Shown: piece by piece, positions 1 through 9,492 of the stretch
Layout: every line of letters starts with the position of its first letter
Position numbering within the stretch: position 1 is the first letter of the stretch
Virus record (IMG/VR): IMGVR_UViG_3300012231_000001
Coordinates: 1-55,844 of that record
DNA from: a virus
Lineage: Duplodnaviria > Caudoviricetes
Strand: one strand, 5' to 3'
Length of the DNA: 55,844 bases
Translations under genes and position numbers: made by a program
Notes under the pieces: generated by a model
Told to the model about the DNA's origin: nothing
The model's database searches: none
What the model saw: the letters and a program-made list of their open reading frames with translations, nothing else

Positions 1-123
1 GGTGATATTGCTGCGGATGGTAACTGTTCTATCATTCTTGAAGGTGTGACAGAAGTAGAAGCGTTCAACCTTGTAGAAGATAGAAATGGTACTTTTGTTG
101 CGATAATCCCAACATCTATTACA
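1..123. repeat. Terminal direct repeat, copy 1 (assembly overlap of a circular or circularly permuted genome)
   Basis: nt 1-123 are identical to nt 55722-55844, and an ORF reads through the junction. Confidence 0.95.
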
Positions 124-219
124 TACAGCACAACTGCGGGAGCAGTGAAAGCAACAATGTTAGTAGCAATTAATGCTTCTACAACTGCTTTACACTTCTT
201 CGCAATTTGTAAAGTATAA
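1..219 (+). CDS. 3' part of a 115-aa virion-module protein that begins at 55593 and spans the circular junction
   Basis: The frame continuing from ATG 55593 stays open to TAA at 217-219; a terminator follows. Confidence 0.85.
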   Translation, partial: GDIAADGNCSIILEGVTEVEAFNLVEDRNGTFVAIIPTSITYSTTAGAVKATMLVAINASTTALHFFAICKV

Positions 220-223
220 AGTG

Positions 224-255
224 TGAGGGTGAGCAATCACCCTCATTATTTTTTC
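224..255 (+). terminator. Intrinsic terminator ending the capsid operon
   Basis: TGAGGGTGA-GCAA-TCACCCTCA (9-bp stem, GNRA loop) followed by TTATTTTTT. Confidence 0.9.
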
Positions 256-270
256 ATATAGGAGTAATAG

Positions 271-939
271 ATGACTTTTGGAAATTACATACTACGTTTA
301 CGTCAACGTCTGCAAGACCTCAGAACTCAATCTGGTACGGTTATTAGCACTATATCTGATAACGGTATCAGGTGGAGTGCTAATAATCTTATCGAAATAG
401 CTAATAGTTCAATTACACAAGCAGTTAGATTAATTAACCAGTATTCAGATTCAGATATAATGAAGATGCTGGGCAGAGGATTTTTTGAAGTAACTTCTTC
501 TGTAGTTATGACCGATGGCACAGGGCTTATACCAACAGGAGTTTTAACAATTAGTTCAGTTCACGGTGGTGAGGGGTCAGGCTTACGAACATTTAAGCCA
601 GTTTTGCCTGATAAATATGATGAAATGGTTAATGATGAGAGCCAGCCACGTACAGATATGTGGATTTATACTATTAGGTATAATTTAAGTTTAACACAAA
701 GAAGATTGTATGCACAAAAAGGGACATCCCCAGCGACAGGTTCATTAAGTATAACTGGTATTTATAATAAATCAGATTATGGTGTTGCCGATACTGCTGT
801 AGAAATATTTTTACAGGGGATAGATGATTTTTTATTAGACATTGGCGAAAGAGAATGCAGGGATAGAGAACATAATTGGGACAGGTCACAAATACTTGAC
901 ACTCGTATAGCTATTAAATTAGGGATTAAGAGGCAATAA
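271..939 (+). CDS. Putative head-tail adaptor / tail ring protein
   Basis: AGGAG RBS; follows the capsid genes; helical start (MTFGNYILRLRQRL) and size typical of podovirus adaptor rings; positional inference. Confidence 0.55.
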   Translation: MTFGNYILRLRQRLQDLRTQSGTVISTISDNGIRWSANNLIEIANSSITQAVRLINQYSDSDIMKMLGRGFFEVTSSVVMTDGTGLIPTGVLTISSVHGGEGSGLRTFKPVLPDKYDEMVNDESQPRTDMWIYTIRYNLSLTQRRLYAQKGTSPATGSLSITGIYNKSDYGVADTAVEIFLQGIDDFLLDIGERECRDREHNWDRSQILDTRIAIKLGIKRQ

Positions 940-1679
940 TGGCGAGGACACCTTCATATGATTTGTTAGCTAAAGATGCGATAGGGCAGGCTCTTGATAT
1001 ATCAGCAGTTAAAACCGTAGAAGACAGAGGGCAGAGAATTAATGATTATAATATGGCTGTATCTGAGATATATAACATATTGGGTTATATTGATACAGAA
1101 GCGTATATAATTACTAAAGATGGTGTAGATGGGTTAATGAATGGTTTTAATAAATGTGGGTATATAGATACGTCTATTGCAGATATGAAAAATCTGGACA
1201 AGATAATAGAGATTGAAGCATATGCAGCAATAGTCCAGCCAGGTGACTATATATCTTATGAAACATTTAAGATAAGTGAATCTGATTTTATTAAACATAA
1301 AAGACATAAAGTTGCTATTGACCCATATGACGAAACAATTATTTATGCTGTTAGAAACAATAGAGTGGATTATTTAATAGGTGAGTCGTTAGATATTCTT
1401 TTTAATAGCATAAGGTTTAATATTTTATATCGTAGACAGCCAACTATTTTAGTCATTAATAATTGGATTACAGAGAAAATAGATTTACCAGATAAATATT
1501 GGGCATTATTAGTTAATCGTATAGCATCTTTAATCGAGTATCGTAGTGGTATAGTTGATAAAGCATTAACTATGGTTAAAATGACTTATGAGCAATTATT
1601 AGTTAATGTAGATTCAACTGTTAAATCTACTTTCTTAAAGTCTCTTGACACACCACCTGGAGTTAGAAATGATATATGA
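939..1679 (+). CDS. Putative tail ring/adaptor protein
   Basis: Translationally coupled; C-terminal Y-R-R-Q-P...DLPDKYWALLV pattern resembles adaptor-family proteins. Confidence 0.5.
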   Translation: MARTPSYDLLAKDAIGQALDISAVKTVEDRGQRINDYNMAVSEIYNILGYIDTEAYIITKDGVDGLMNGFNKCGYIDTSIADMKNLDKIIEIEAYAAIVQPGDYISYETFKISESDFIKHKRHKVAIDPYDETIIYAVRNNRVDYLIGESLDILFNSIRFNILYRRQPTILVINNWITEKIDLPDKYWALLVNRIASLIEYRSGIVDKALTMVKMTYEQLLVNVDSTVKSTFLKSLDTPPGVRNDI

Positions 1680-2463
1680 ACAGTTAATTAGAAGAATAGC
1701 AGATAATATGAATATGCCGATAGCTAATGGAGTATTCCGAGCTACTGCAAGACGTGACATTTATGATGTTCTTAATCTGATTGGACGTAAATCTGAGTTT
1801 CCTAAAAAGTTATTTGAAGTAGTTATAGCAGATTCTGACGCTGGTATTGTTGGTGTTGACCCACCAGTACCTGTTAATAGTGTGAACTTACCTTCTGATT
1901 TTTATATACCAGTAGAAGTAATGTTTTTTGCTACAAGTGGTAACCGTTTTGCTGAGTTAGAAATGAGCAGGGAAACATATGAAAAATGGAATCCAAATGT
2001 ATTATTAGTGACAGAATCGTTTAATGATTTGGTAACAAGTGGCACACCATTAGAACTTATGTGGACTCAAGAAAACTTTGATTATGATGGTTACATTGGT
2101 TATCATTTTACAGAAACACAGCCACGTACTATTATATGGAAACCAGCTGCCAATGGTACACTTAAGGTATATTATACAACATTTGATGAACAGTTTCTTG
2201 CTAATCAATATAGTAATGTACCAAACATCCACGCAGTGTTTAGTGAAATTGTTGTAGATGGTGTCACTACTAAAATGTTAGTGAGGAAGTTAAAGACAGC
2301 TAAAACTGAAGTAGAGTTTTACGGACTTAAAACAGAATTAAATGAATACAAGGAAAAGTTTAAGGAAGGTGTAAATGATTTTGTTGGTTATACTCAGAAA
2401 AGAGCAACTTCACCAAGAATGGAACCGTTTGATTTTCTTAACGACCCAGATATGTTAATATGA
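1669..2463 (+). CDS. Putative tail ring/adaptor protein (probable ATG start at 1669)
   Basis: GGAG RBS before MIYEQLIRRI; LPSDF and WKPAANG...VYY...PNIH motifs typical of adaptor proteins. Confidence 0.55.
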   Translation: MIYEQLIRRIADNMNMPIANGVFRATARRDIYDVLNLIGRKSEFPKKLFEVVIADSDAGIVGVDPPVPVNSVNLPSDFYIPVEVMFFATSGNRFAELEMSRETYEKWNPNVLLVTESFNDLVTSGTPLELMWTQENFDYDGYIGYHFTETQPRTIIWKPAANGTLKVYYTTFDEQFLANQYSNVPNIHAVFSEIVVDGVTTKMLVRKLKTAKTEVEFYGLKTELNEYKEKFKEGVNDFVGYTQKRATSPRMEPFDFLNDPDMLI

Positions 2464-4997
2464 ATTTCTCATTAATACAACATAAAGGTTTCGAGAAGTG
2501 GATTCCACCATCTGATATAGATGAGATTGATGCTCCGCCAGGTGTGCTGACCAAAGCCTTGAATGTAAATTTTCGTAATGGTTATTTTGAAAATTCAGAA
2601 GCAGCAATAGGCGTTAGTCATCCAACAGAAATTCAAGATGATATAGATGATGGTTATGAATTATTGTCTATAAAAGGATTCAGCCATTCAGAAAAAGGTA
2701 ATACAACTATATATATATTATATAAATCTGATGTGGGTGGTCCACCGACCCATTTATTAAAATTTTGGCTTACAGGTGGTGGGGAAACTGCACCTAAGTT
2801 ATTAAATATAGATGAACAGAGCAGTGATATAGCTTGGTTAGGTAAACCCCACGACATTAATTATAATCTTGTGAACGACCAGTTAAAAATTAATTTGAAT
2901 TGTTCTGTTAAGTATAATGATATAGATAGTGGTACAGATGTATTGGCAAACCTAACTTTAATATATCTTGAAACTAAATCTTATGGTAATACTGGTTTGC
3001 CTATCGTAGAATTTGTGAGACCTGCTGGTTGGTATTTATTTCCACGATGGTTAGGATGGAATTATAATAATGTTGAGGTTGTTGGTGGTATATTAAATGG
3101 TGTGTTAAGTGAAGATTTTGAAGATATTAATTATGTGGATTGGTTGAGTGCTCCAAGTCCTATTAGTTGGGCACGAGTTAATCTTCCGAACAATAGACCG
3201 ACAGAAGAAGATAATGGTTATTATATATATGCAAGTAATAGTTTAGATTATTCGCAACCGAAAATGTTAGCATTTTTAGGTATAAGGCGTTTAGAAAAAT
3301 TAGAATTTGATGTAAGATGGGGTTATTCATTGACACCCCTTACCATTTCTCTTTATATAAAAGGAGAACTAACAGAACCAGGAAGATTAGTTGACAGAAT
3401 TGATGACATCCCATCTTTTACGCATTCTCACCGAGAGTTTGATTTATCGCAAGTAGAAATTAAAAGTAACGAATCATTACTTTTGGTGTTCCAGCTTGGG
3501 GCGACACAACCAGCAGCCTTTTCTTATGTGTCGATAGATAATCTTAAATTAGTGCCCATTGTAGATAGAAGTATTGTTGTCGCCAAATATGGTGATGGTC
3601 AAAGAGGTTTAATAGCAGGTAATCTTGAGTTCCCTATATTTGATAATATATATTTACAATTTCCATTAATAGAAATTGATTGGCGTGTTGATGTTTATGA
3701 GATATATTATAAAATAAGTGAAAATCTTTATTATTTATATAGTGAAGTCAGATTAGACTCGATATGGACACTTGCTTCTGGTGTAGTTAAGGGTTTAATT
3801 GGTGTGTATAATAGTGAAGAAAATGGAGTAGCCACGTTACCTTTCAGGTATGGTTTACCTGCAGATACACGAGTAGATAATCAACGTGATATACTTATGG
3901 AGGTTGAACATAAAGGTAGAATATTTTTTATTAATGAAGATTATAAAGTATATCAATCACATATATCTGCTAATTTAGCGATACAAGCAGACAGTTTCCC
4001 TTATGATGAAGAAGTTGGTTTTGGTTATTTTATAACAGCTCATAATAGAATTAATAAAGGTATAGCTGTTACACCTACTAATTATTTAGCGATATTCACA
4101 GATAGTGGTTTTTATGTGTACTTTATACAACCATCATCCACTGGTTCGTTTAAGTCATTAAGACTTTCAAGTGGTAGCATTGGTTTATCCAGTAGAAATA
4201 CAATTACAAGAGCATTGTCTGGTGACCCAGCGACAGATGGATTGTTTTGGATTGATGATAATGGTGTTTATTATTATACTGGTGATTCGCAACCACCTAA
4301 AAATTTGATATTGCTAACTCACGAAAAATATTGGAGAGAAGAAGTAACTGCTGAGGCTAAGGCTAATGCTGTTGGTTTTTATAACCCATTGAAAAGAGAA
4401 TACTGGCTTAAAGTAGATGGTGAAAATACAATCGCATATGAGTTACCTTATGATAATTGGAAAGAACAGGCATTCGCTAATCTTCCTATTGACGAATTTT
4501 ATGGAGTATTTGATAATGTTTTATATTATAGGTCTGGTAATCTGTTTGTTAAATTTGATATGAATATTAAGAGTGCTTTTAATATTGAAACAGCTTATAG
4601 TACTGGTTATATCACAGGAGAACAGAGTCATCAAGGAGTGATGCCTGAAATATATGATAAGATATTACAAGAAGTTTATATGGTATTCGCAGATGGTAAT
4701 GATTCGGCTCAGGTTGTTATGACTGTATTTGTTGATAAAGTTGTTGTTGGTTCATTTATTTTTAATACAACAGATATAATTACTAAGTTTTTAACACCAC
4801 TTGGTATACGGTTTAATCGTGTTAAGTTTAGAGTGTTAAATACAGAAGATAATAAAATTATCAGAGTAAAAGAATTTGGTTGCAGTTATACACCAGACAC
4901 TAAGGAACCATTAGGACAACAAATGGTTGATGACGAACCGATAACCGAACAGTATGGTTATGGTCGTTCTTATGGTAGAGCGTATGGAAGAAACTAA
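2460..4997 (+). CDS. Putative tail stabilisation/nozzle protein (P22 gp10 / T7 gp12-like role)
   Basis: 845 aa, beta-rich; N-terminal ALNVNFRNG and propeller-like LFWIDDNGVYYY; follows the ring genes. Confidence 0.55.
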   Translation: MNFSLIQHKGFEKWIPPSDIDEIDAPPGVLTKALNVNFRNGYFENSEAAIGVSHPTEIQDDIDDGYELLSIKGFSHSEKGNTTIYILYKSDVGGPPTHLLKFWLTGGGETAPKLLNIDEQSSDIAWLGKPHDINYNLVNDQLKINLNCSVKYNDIDSGTDVLANLTLIYLETKSYGNTGLPIVEFVRPAGWYLFPRWLGWNYNNVEVVGGILNGVLSEDFEDINYVDWLSAPSPISWARVNLPNNRPTEEDNGYYIYASNSLDYSQPKMLAFLGIRRLEKLEFDVRWGYSLTPLTISLYIKGELTEPGRLVDRIDDIPSFTHSHREFDLSQVEIKSNESLLLVFQLGATQPAAFSYVSIDNLKLVPIVDRSIVVAKYGDGQRGLIAGNLEFPIFDNIYLQFPLIEIDWRVDVYEIYYKISENLYYLYSEVRLDSIWTLASGVVKGLIGVYNSEENGVATLPFRYGLPADTRVDNQRDILMEVEHKGRIFFINEDYKVYQSHISANLAIQADSFPYDEEVGFGYFITAHNRINKGIAVTPTNYLAIFTDSGFYVYFIQPSSTGSFKSLRLSSGSIGLSSRNTITRALSGDPATDGLFWIDDNGVYYYTGDSQPPKNLILLTHEKYWREEVTAEAKANAVGFYNPLKREYWLKVDGENTIAYELPYDNWKEQAFANLPIDEFYGVFDNVLYYRSGNLFVKFDMNIKSAFNIETAYSTGYITGEQSHQGVMPEIYDKILQEVYMVFADGNDSAQVVMTVFVDKVVVGSFIFNTTDIITKFLTPLGIRFNRVKFRVLNTEDNKIIRVKEFGCSYTPDTKEPLGQQMVDDEPITEQYGYGRSYGRAYGRN

Positions 4998-5014
4998 AAT
5001 AATAAAGGAGTGAT

Positions 5015-5641
5015 ATGAAATATTTAATAATTTTGTTTGTTTTATGTACAATAAGTATATTTGCTCAAATAGAGCAAAGACCAGACCAGATGGAACAGCT
5101 TCTCTGGTGGGATTTATATACAACAGCAACTGCTAATGGTGGCGTTGTTGTGGTATCTGACACTGTTGCAGATGATAATATCACGGTGGGTAAGGCTGAT
5201 ACTGTTTATGCAAGATTGTTTGTTTCAGGCACAGTTGCTATTAAAAATATGGATGTAATATTACAGTATGGTTATTATCATAATTATCATCCTAATTCTT
5301 ATTATGGTAATAATTTAATATTAGATGCTATCGAGCTTGATTCAACTGCATTAGATTTGGTGACTACTCCTACTGGGACAGCACAGGTCACAAGTAATCT
5401 TACTTCTAAGAGAATTATGTTGAGTTATCTTAATAGTGGGATTATCGTTCTTGATAATAAATCTATTATGATATTAACATTTATAACATCGGCACAAGCT
5501 GGGCAACAAATATTAGGAGTTCCTTTATCAACAGATATTAGCCCTCACGGATATACACTTCGATATTGGACTGAGCTATTTAATGCGGCATTAAAACCGT
5601 TTTCAACTTGGGTACATAACACAACGATAGTGGTGGAATAA
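5015..5641 (+). CDS. Beta-rich tail-module protein with a predicted signal peptide
   Basis: MKYLIILFVLCTISIFA|Q N-terminus; AGGAG RBS. Confidence 0.7.
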   Translation: MKYLIILFVLCTISIFAQIEQRPDQMEQLLWWDLYTTATANGGVVVVSDTVADDNITVGKADTVYARLFVSGTVAIKNMDVILQYGYYHNYHPNSYYGNNLILDAIELDSTALDLVTTPTGTAQVTSNLTSKRIMLSYLNSGIIVLDNKSIMILTFITSAQAGQQILGVPLSTDISPHGYTLRYWTELFNAALKPFSTWVHNTTIVVE

Positions 5642-6609
5642 TGAAATATTTATTATTTGTATTTTTGTTAGTTGTTACTGTTGATTTGTTAGCACAAGAC
5701 ATACCAGCAAGCTATACACCTAATCTGGGGTTAAGGAAATATGACCTTGACGATTATCCTGGCTCAGATAGTCTTAATGCAAATTCTGATGCAATAGATG
5801 CTGGATATAAAAGAAATAAAGATTCACTTGCGATACACGCAGCAGATATTTATAGTGCTATTAAATATACTGGTGGTCTTAAAAACGCAGTAGTCGCAGC
5901 ATCTAATCTTGCTACATCTTTAGACACTAATTTAGTTAAGACTACAGGTACTGATAATATTTATGATAATAAAACTTTTTTAGGTGGTATAAGTACATTT
6001 AAGAATATACTGCCTGCTGTAACTGATGACCACGTATTAGGTTCTTATTTTAGTTTTTCTCAGTATAGATGGGAATGGTCAGCTATTAAATATTTATTGG
6101 TAGAAGAAATAATGTTAACGGCACCTAATTATATTAGCGATACTACTGCGGCAGCAATTTGGACATATGATGGAGCGAGTGTAAGTCTTAATAAACCTAT
6201 TGAGATAGATTCGTTTACTGTAAGAAAACATTTCGCAATGGATTCTGCAGCATCTTTCCAGTCATTCAAACTTGAACCTAATACCTATTCTATTGTTGAT
6301 GTTGGGGATACAGTTATAACAACTGCAAACTTAATGAGTAATATGCAATTAACGTTGCCAGGCGATGTTAGTAGCGGTATAGAGACTATAAATATGACTG
6401 GGGCTGCATCTGGGCATATATTGATAATATATACAACAGATATAGATGATAGTGTTCTTTTTGTAGATAGGGATATTGAAGCAGATGGCAATTTAGAAAT
6501 GGGAGGGAATCTTTGGTTAAGAGGTGGAGATAACATAGCTTTTCAATTTATTTATGACCAGCCTGCTCTTAGTTGGATTTGGATGGAATTATGGAGAAAG
6601 AATAATTAA
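5641..6609 (+). CDS. Tail fibre-like protein with a predicted signal peptide
   Basis: MKYLLFVFLLVVTVDLLA|Q; TPNLGLRK...LNANSDAID resembles a tail-fibre anchor; ends W-x-E-L-W-R like fibre tips. Confidence 0.6.
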   Translation: MKYLLFVFLLVVTVDLLAQDIPASYTPNLGLRKYDLDDYPGSDSLNANSDAIDAGYKRNKDSLAIHAADIYSAIKYTGGLKNAVVAASNLATSLDTNLVKTTGTDNIYDNKTFLGGISTFKNILPAVTDDHVLGSYFSFSQYRWEWSAIKYLLVEEIMLTAPNYISDTTAAAIWTYDGASVSLNKPIEIDSFTVRKHFAMDSAASFQSFKLEPNTYSIVDVGDTVITTANLMSNMQLTLPGDVSSGIETINMTGAASGHILIIYTTDIDDSVLFVDRDIEADGNLEMGGNLWLRGGDNIAFQFIYDQPALSWIWMELWRKNN

Positions 6610-6857
6610 TGCGTAAATTGGTTACACATCAACGTCAACCATTTAGGGATGATTATGAAATTGAACTTGGAATACAGCTTTCTAAAGGTATGACTATAGA
6701 ACGACAGAATATACAATTAGGCATAGTAAGCCAGATGATAGACGGTGAACCACGTATTGATATGGAGAATAATCGTAAAGTTACTAAGATAGATGGTAAA
6801 CTGTATAAAGAAGTTGTTGATGAAAACAGTGAGGTACGATATGCAGCTATTACATAA
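6609..6857 (+). CDS. Small tail-associated hypothetical protein
   Basis: Coupled (TAATG) to the upstream gene. Confidence 0.6.
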   Translation: MRKLVTHQRQPFRDDYEIELGIQLSKGMTIERQNIQLGIVSQMIDGEPRIDMENNRKVTKIDGKLYKEVVDENSEVRYAAIT

Positions 6858-7716
6858 AGTGTTGGGAGACAGGATTAAAAAAGCTGAGAAGTTACCTGTT
6901 TCTATTCCTACTGACCTTAGTGATATTTATACTAAAACAGAAGTTGATGATATTGTTGATGGAATACCTGCTGGTGGTGTTGAAGAAGCACCTATTGATA
7001 CTAAACAGTACGGTAGGAAAGATGGTATTTGGACTGAGGTTATTGCTGGTGGTCATACACAAAACACAGATACAGACTTAGGGGTTTTAGGCACAAAGAA
7101 CCCACCAATAGATGCAGACAAAGTAATCCATAGAGATTCAACAGCTTTTGACGGACTTGTGACTTCAACCTGGGCACAGGTAAAGGCATTTCTTAAAACT
7201 TATTTCGACACTATATACGAAAGTCTTTCAAATAAACAAACCGATTTAACTGCAAGTGCTACTAAGTATCCAACTGTTAACGCAGTTAATACGGGGTTGG
7301 CAACCAAAGATGCGGTAACGGGAGTTCTGACTGTAGCGACCAGCACAGACATAGAAGTAAATACTAATGCTATGGTACTGATAAATATAGAAGATGATTT
7401 AGAAGATAGGGTAGTAACTTTTTTTGATACTCCTCCTGATGGGACTAAATGTTTTGTGAGAGTCAAATTGATAACAGGCTCATCAACGGTAACATTAGAT
7501 TTTAATAATCTACTAAATGGCGGAGATGCTGACCCAATTTTAACAAGTGCCAATGAAGAAGAAGGATATATATTTGTATATCATAATCCTAATTGGCATC
7601 AAATAGATGAGCTAAAAACGGTTAATGGCTTTTCAATAAAAGGCAGTGGTAATTTAGTAATAAGCGGTTCTGGTTTATCACAGCCTCAAGTGATGGCAAG
7701 GAGTTTAGGATGTTAA
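6841..7716 (+). CDS. Tail fibre protein with a foldon-like motif (probable start 6841)
   Basis: EEAPIDTKQYGRKDGIW resembles the T4 fibritin foldon (EAPRDGQAYVRKDGEW); YTKTEVD and KTVNGFSIKGSGNL fibre motifs; GAGG RBS before 6841. Confidence 0.7.
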   Translation: MQLLHKVLGDRIKKAEKLPVSIPTDLSDIYTKTEVDDIVDGIPAGGVEEAPIDTKQYGRKDGIWTEVIAGGHTQNTDTDLGVLGTKNPPIDADKVIHRDSTAFDGLVTSTWAQVKAFLKTYFDTIYESLSNKQTDLTASATKYPTVNAVNTGLATKDAVTGVLTVATSTDIEVNTNAMVLINIEDDLEDRVVTFFDTPPDGTKCFVRVKLITGSSTVTLDFNNLLNGGDADPILTSANEEEGYIFVYHNPNWHQIDELKTVNGFSIKGSGNLVISGSGLSQPQVMARSLGC

Positions 7717-8591
7717 TATTAACAGAAGTAACAGACAAAATCCAAGTAGTCTTAGGTGGAGCTATAACTACAAACCAGATGCAATGCAAAACATCTTGGA
7801 GAGATATTACAACAACTGTTTATACTCCTGGCAGGACGGTTATAAATACAAATAACACAACTGATGTTGATATTGTTGGTTCACCTGGTGCAAGCACGCA
7901 AAGAGTTGTTGACTTAATAAATATTTATAATAACGATACAGTCTCTCAAACTTTAACAGTAAAATTCGATGCTAATGGGACTGAATACATTCTATGGAAA
8001 GGAGTGTTGACTTCTGGTGATTTGCTCTTTTATCAGGATGGTATGGGATGGAATGTATATGCCAAGAAATACGGAAGCATTTTATATAATGCAAGCGTAG
8101 CTCAACAAGGTGCTGGTTTTGCCACTGATACATATTTGATTGGTTCAAGTATTCCAATTCCGGACAGTTCGCTAAAGATTGGTTCAAGATTTTATTGTGT
8201 ATTTAATGTAACTAAAACGGGGGCAGGTACAGTAACACCAATTATAAATATAAGATTTGGCGTAAATGGTTCGACAGCCGATACAACGAGAGGAACATTG
8301 ACGTGGACAGCACAAACAGCAGCAGCAGATGAAGGTGTATATGAAATATGGGCTACTTTCAGAGCAGTTGGTTCTGGTACTTCAGCAGTTTTACAAACGC
8401 TTGGTCGTTTAACGCATAGATTAGTCGCTACTGGATTCGGTAACACAGCAGTTTCAGAACCAGAAATAGCAACAAGTGGTGGATTTGACTCAACAGTTTC
8501 AAATAGTATAATCGGGTTAAGCGTAAACGGCGGTACATCTGCAAGCTGGACGGTTCAATTAGTACAAGCACAATTAGAGAATTTAATTTAA
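7710..8591 (+). CDS. Tail/receptor-binding-associated structural protein
   Basis: Thr/Gly-rich beta protein coupled to the fibre gene; AGGAG RBS. Confidence 0.55.
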   Translation: MLILTEVTDKIQVVLGGAITTNQMQCKTSWRDITTTVYTPGRTVINTNNTTDVDIVGSPGASTQRVVDLINIYNNDTVSQTLTVKFDANGTEYILWKGVLTSGDLLFYQDGMGWNVYAKKYGSILYNASVAQQGAGFATDTYLIGSSIPIPDSSLKIGSRFYCVFNVTKTGAGTVTPIINIRFGVNGSTADTTRGTLTWTAQTAAADEGVYEIWATFRAVGSGTSAVLQTLGRLTHRLVATGFGNTAVSEPEIATSGGFDSTVSNSIIGLSVNGGTSASWTVQLVQAQLENLI

Positions 8592-8601
8592 GGAAAATAA
8601 T

Positions 8602-9246
8602 ATGGCAGAATATTATGGACAAGGTGGGACAGAGCCATCTGGTGGTTTTGACTTCGGAAGTTTTTTAACATCTTTGCCAGGTCTTGGTGCGGTTGGTGGT
8701 GGCTTATCATTATTAACCAGTATTTTTGGTTCACAAGATAGTCCACGAGACAGAGCTGTTGAAGAATTATTAAAACGACTTGACAGAGAATTAGAATATT
8801 TAAGGACACCATCATATACTAAAGGCGAAGTCGAAGGTAAGGTCGGTGAAATGAAACAGACAGTACGAGGTGCTGCTAATGTAGCTGCTACTACAACTGG
8901 TACTTCTTTAGCAGAAGCATTCGGTGCAGGCGGTACGCCATCTGGGCAACCGAAGGGAGAAATTTATACTGCTGCATTAGCACCGACAATAGCACAGGGC
9001 GAAAGAGATGCTGTCGGTGTAGAACAATTCGGTATGGAATTTTGGAATAAACTTGATGATGCTGCTAAGGGCAGAGTGTTAAGTGGATTAGGAATATTGG
9101 GTGATGCTTCTGCTATGCAACCAGATATGACTGGCATACAAAAAGGATTAGCTACATTTTTACAAACATTAAATTTATTCGCAACTGGTTTCGGTAATGT
9201 AGCACAAGGATATAAAGATATAACATATCAACCAATAAAACCATAA
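8602..9246 (+). CDS. Putative internal virion (ejection/pilot) protein
   Basis: Gly/Ala-rich with a hydrophobic GLGAVGGGLSLL segment; position typical of podovirus ejection genes. Confidence 0.55.
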   Translation: MAEYYGQGGTEPSGGFDFGSFLTSLPGLGAVGGGLSLLTSIFGSQDSPRDRAVEELLKRLDRELEYLRTPSYTKGEVEGKVGEMKQTVRGAANVAATTTGTSLAEAFGAGGTPSGQPKGEIYTAALAPTIAQGERDAVGVEQFGMEFWNKLDDAAKGRVLSGLGILGDASAMQPDMTGIQKGLATFLQTLNLFATGFGNVAQGYKDITYQPIKP

Positions 9247-9256
9247 GAGGTATAAA

Positions 9257-9490
9257 ATGAGTATATTTGGCAAGAAAGAAGATATCACAGCAATAGAAGA
9301 AAAACCTATTGATGTAGAATTATCAAAGTATAAAGTTGTGTCTATGGAAACAAAAATAGACAGCTTTTATCTATTTGAAAATACAATAAGTGATTTGATA
9401 AAAGAAGGTTGGATTCCTTTAGGTGGTATAGATGTTAAATCTATATCTGTGGCTGGCTGGCTATTAACACAAGCAATGATAAAAGAGTAA
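9257..9490 (+). CDS. DUF1737-like small protein
   Basis: GW-x-P-x-GGI ... QAMIK motif. Confidence 0.55.
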   Translation: MSIFGKKEDITAIEEKPIDVELSKYKVVSMETKIDSFYLFENTISDLIKEGWIPLGGIDVKSISVAGWLLTQAMIKE

Positions 9491-9492
9491 CA

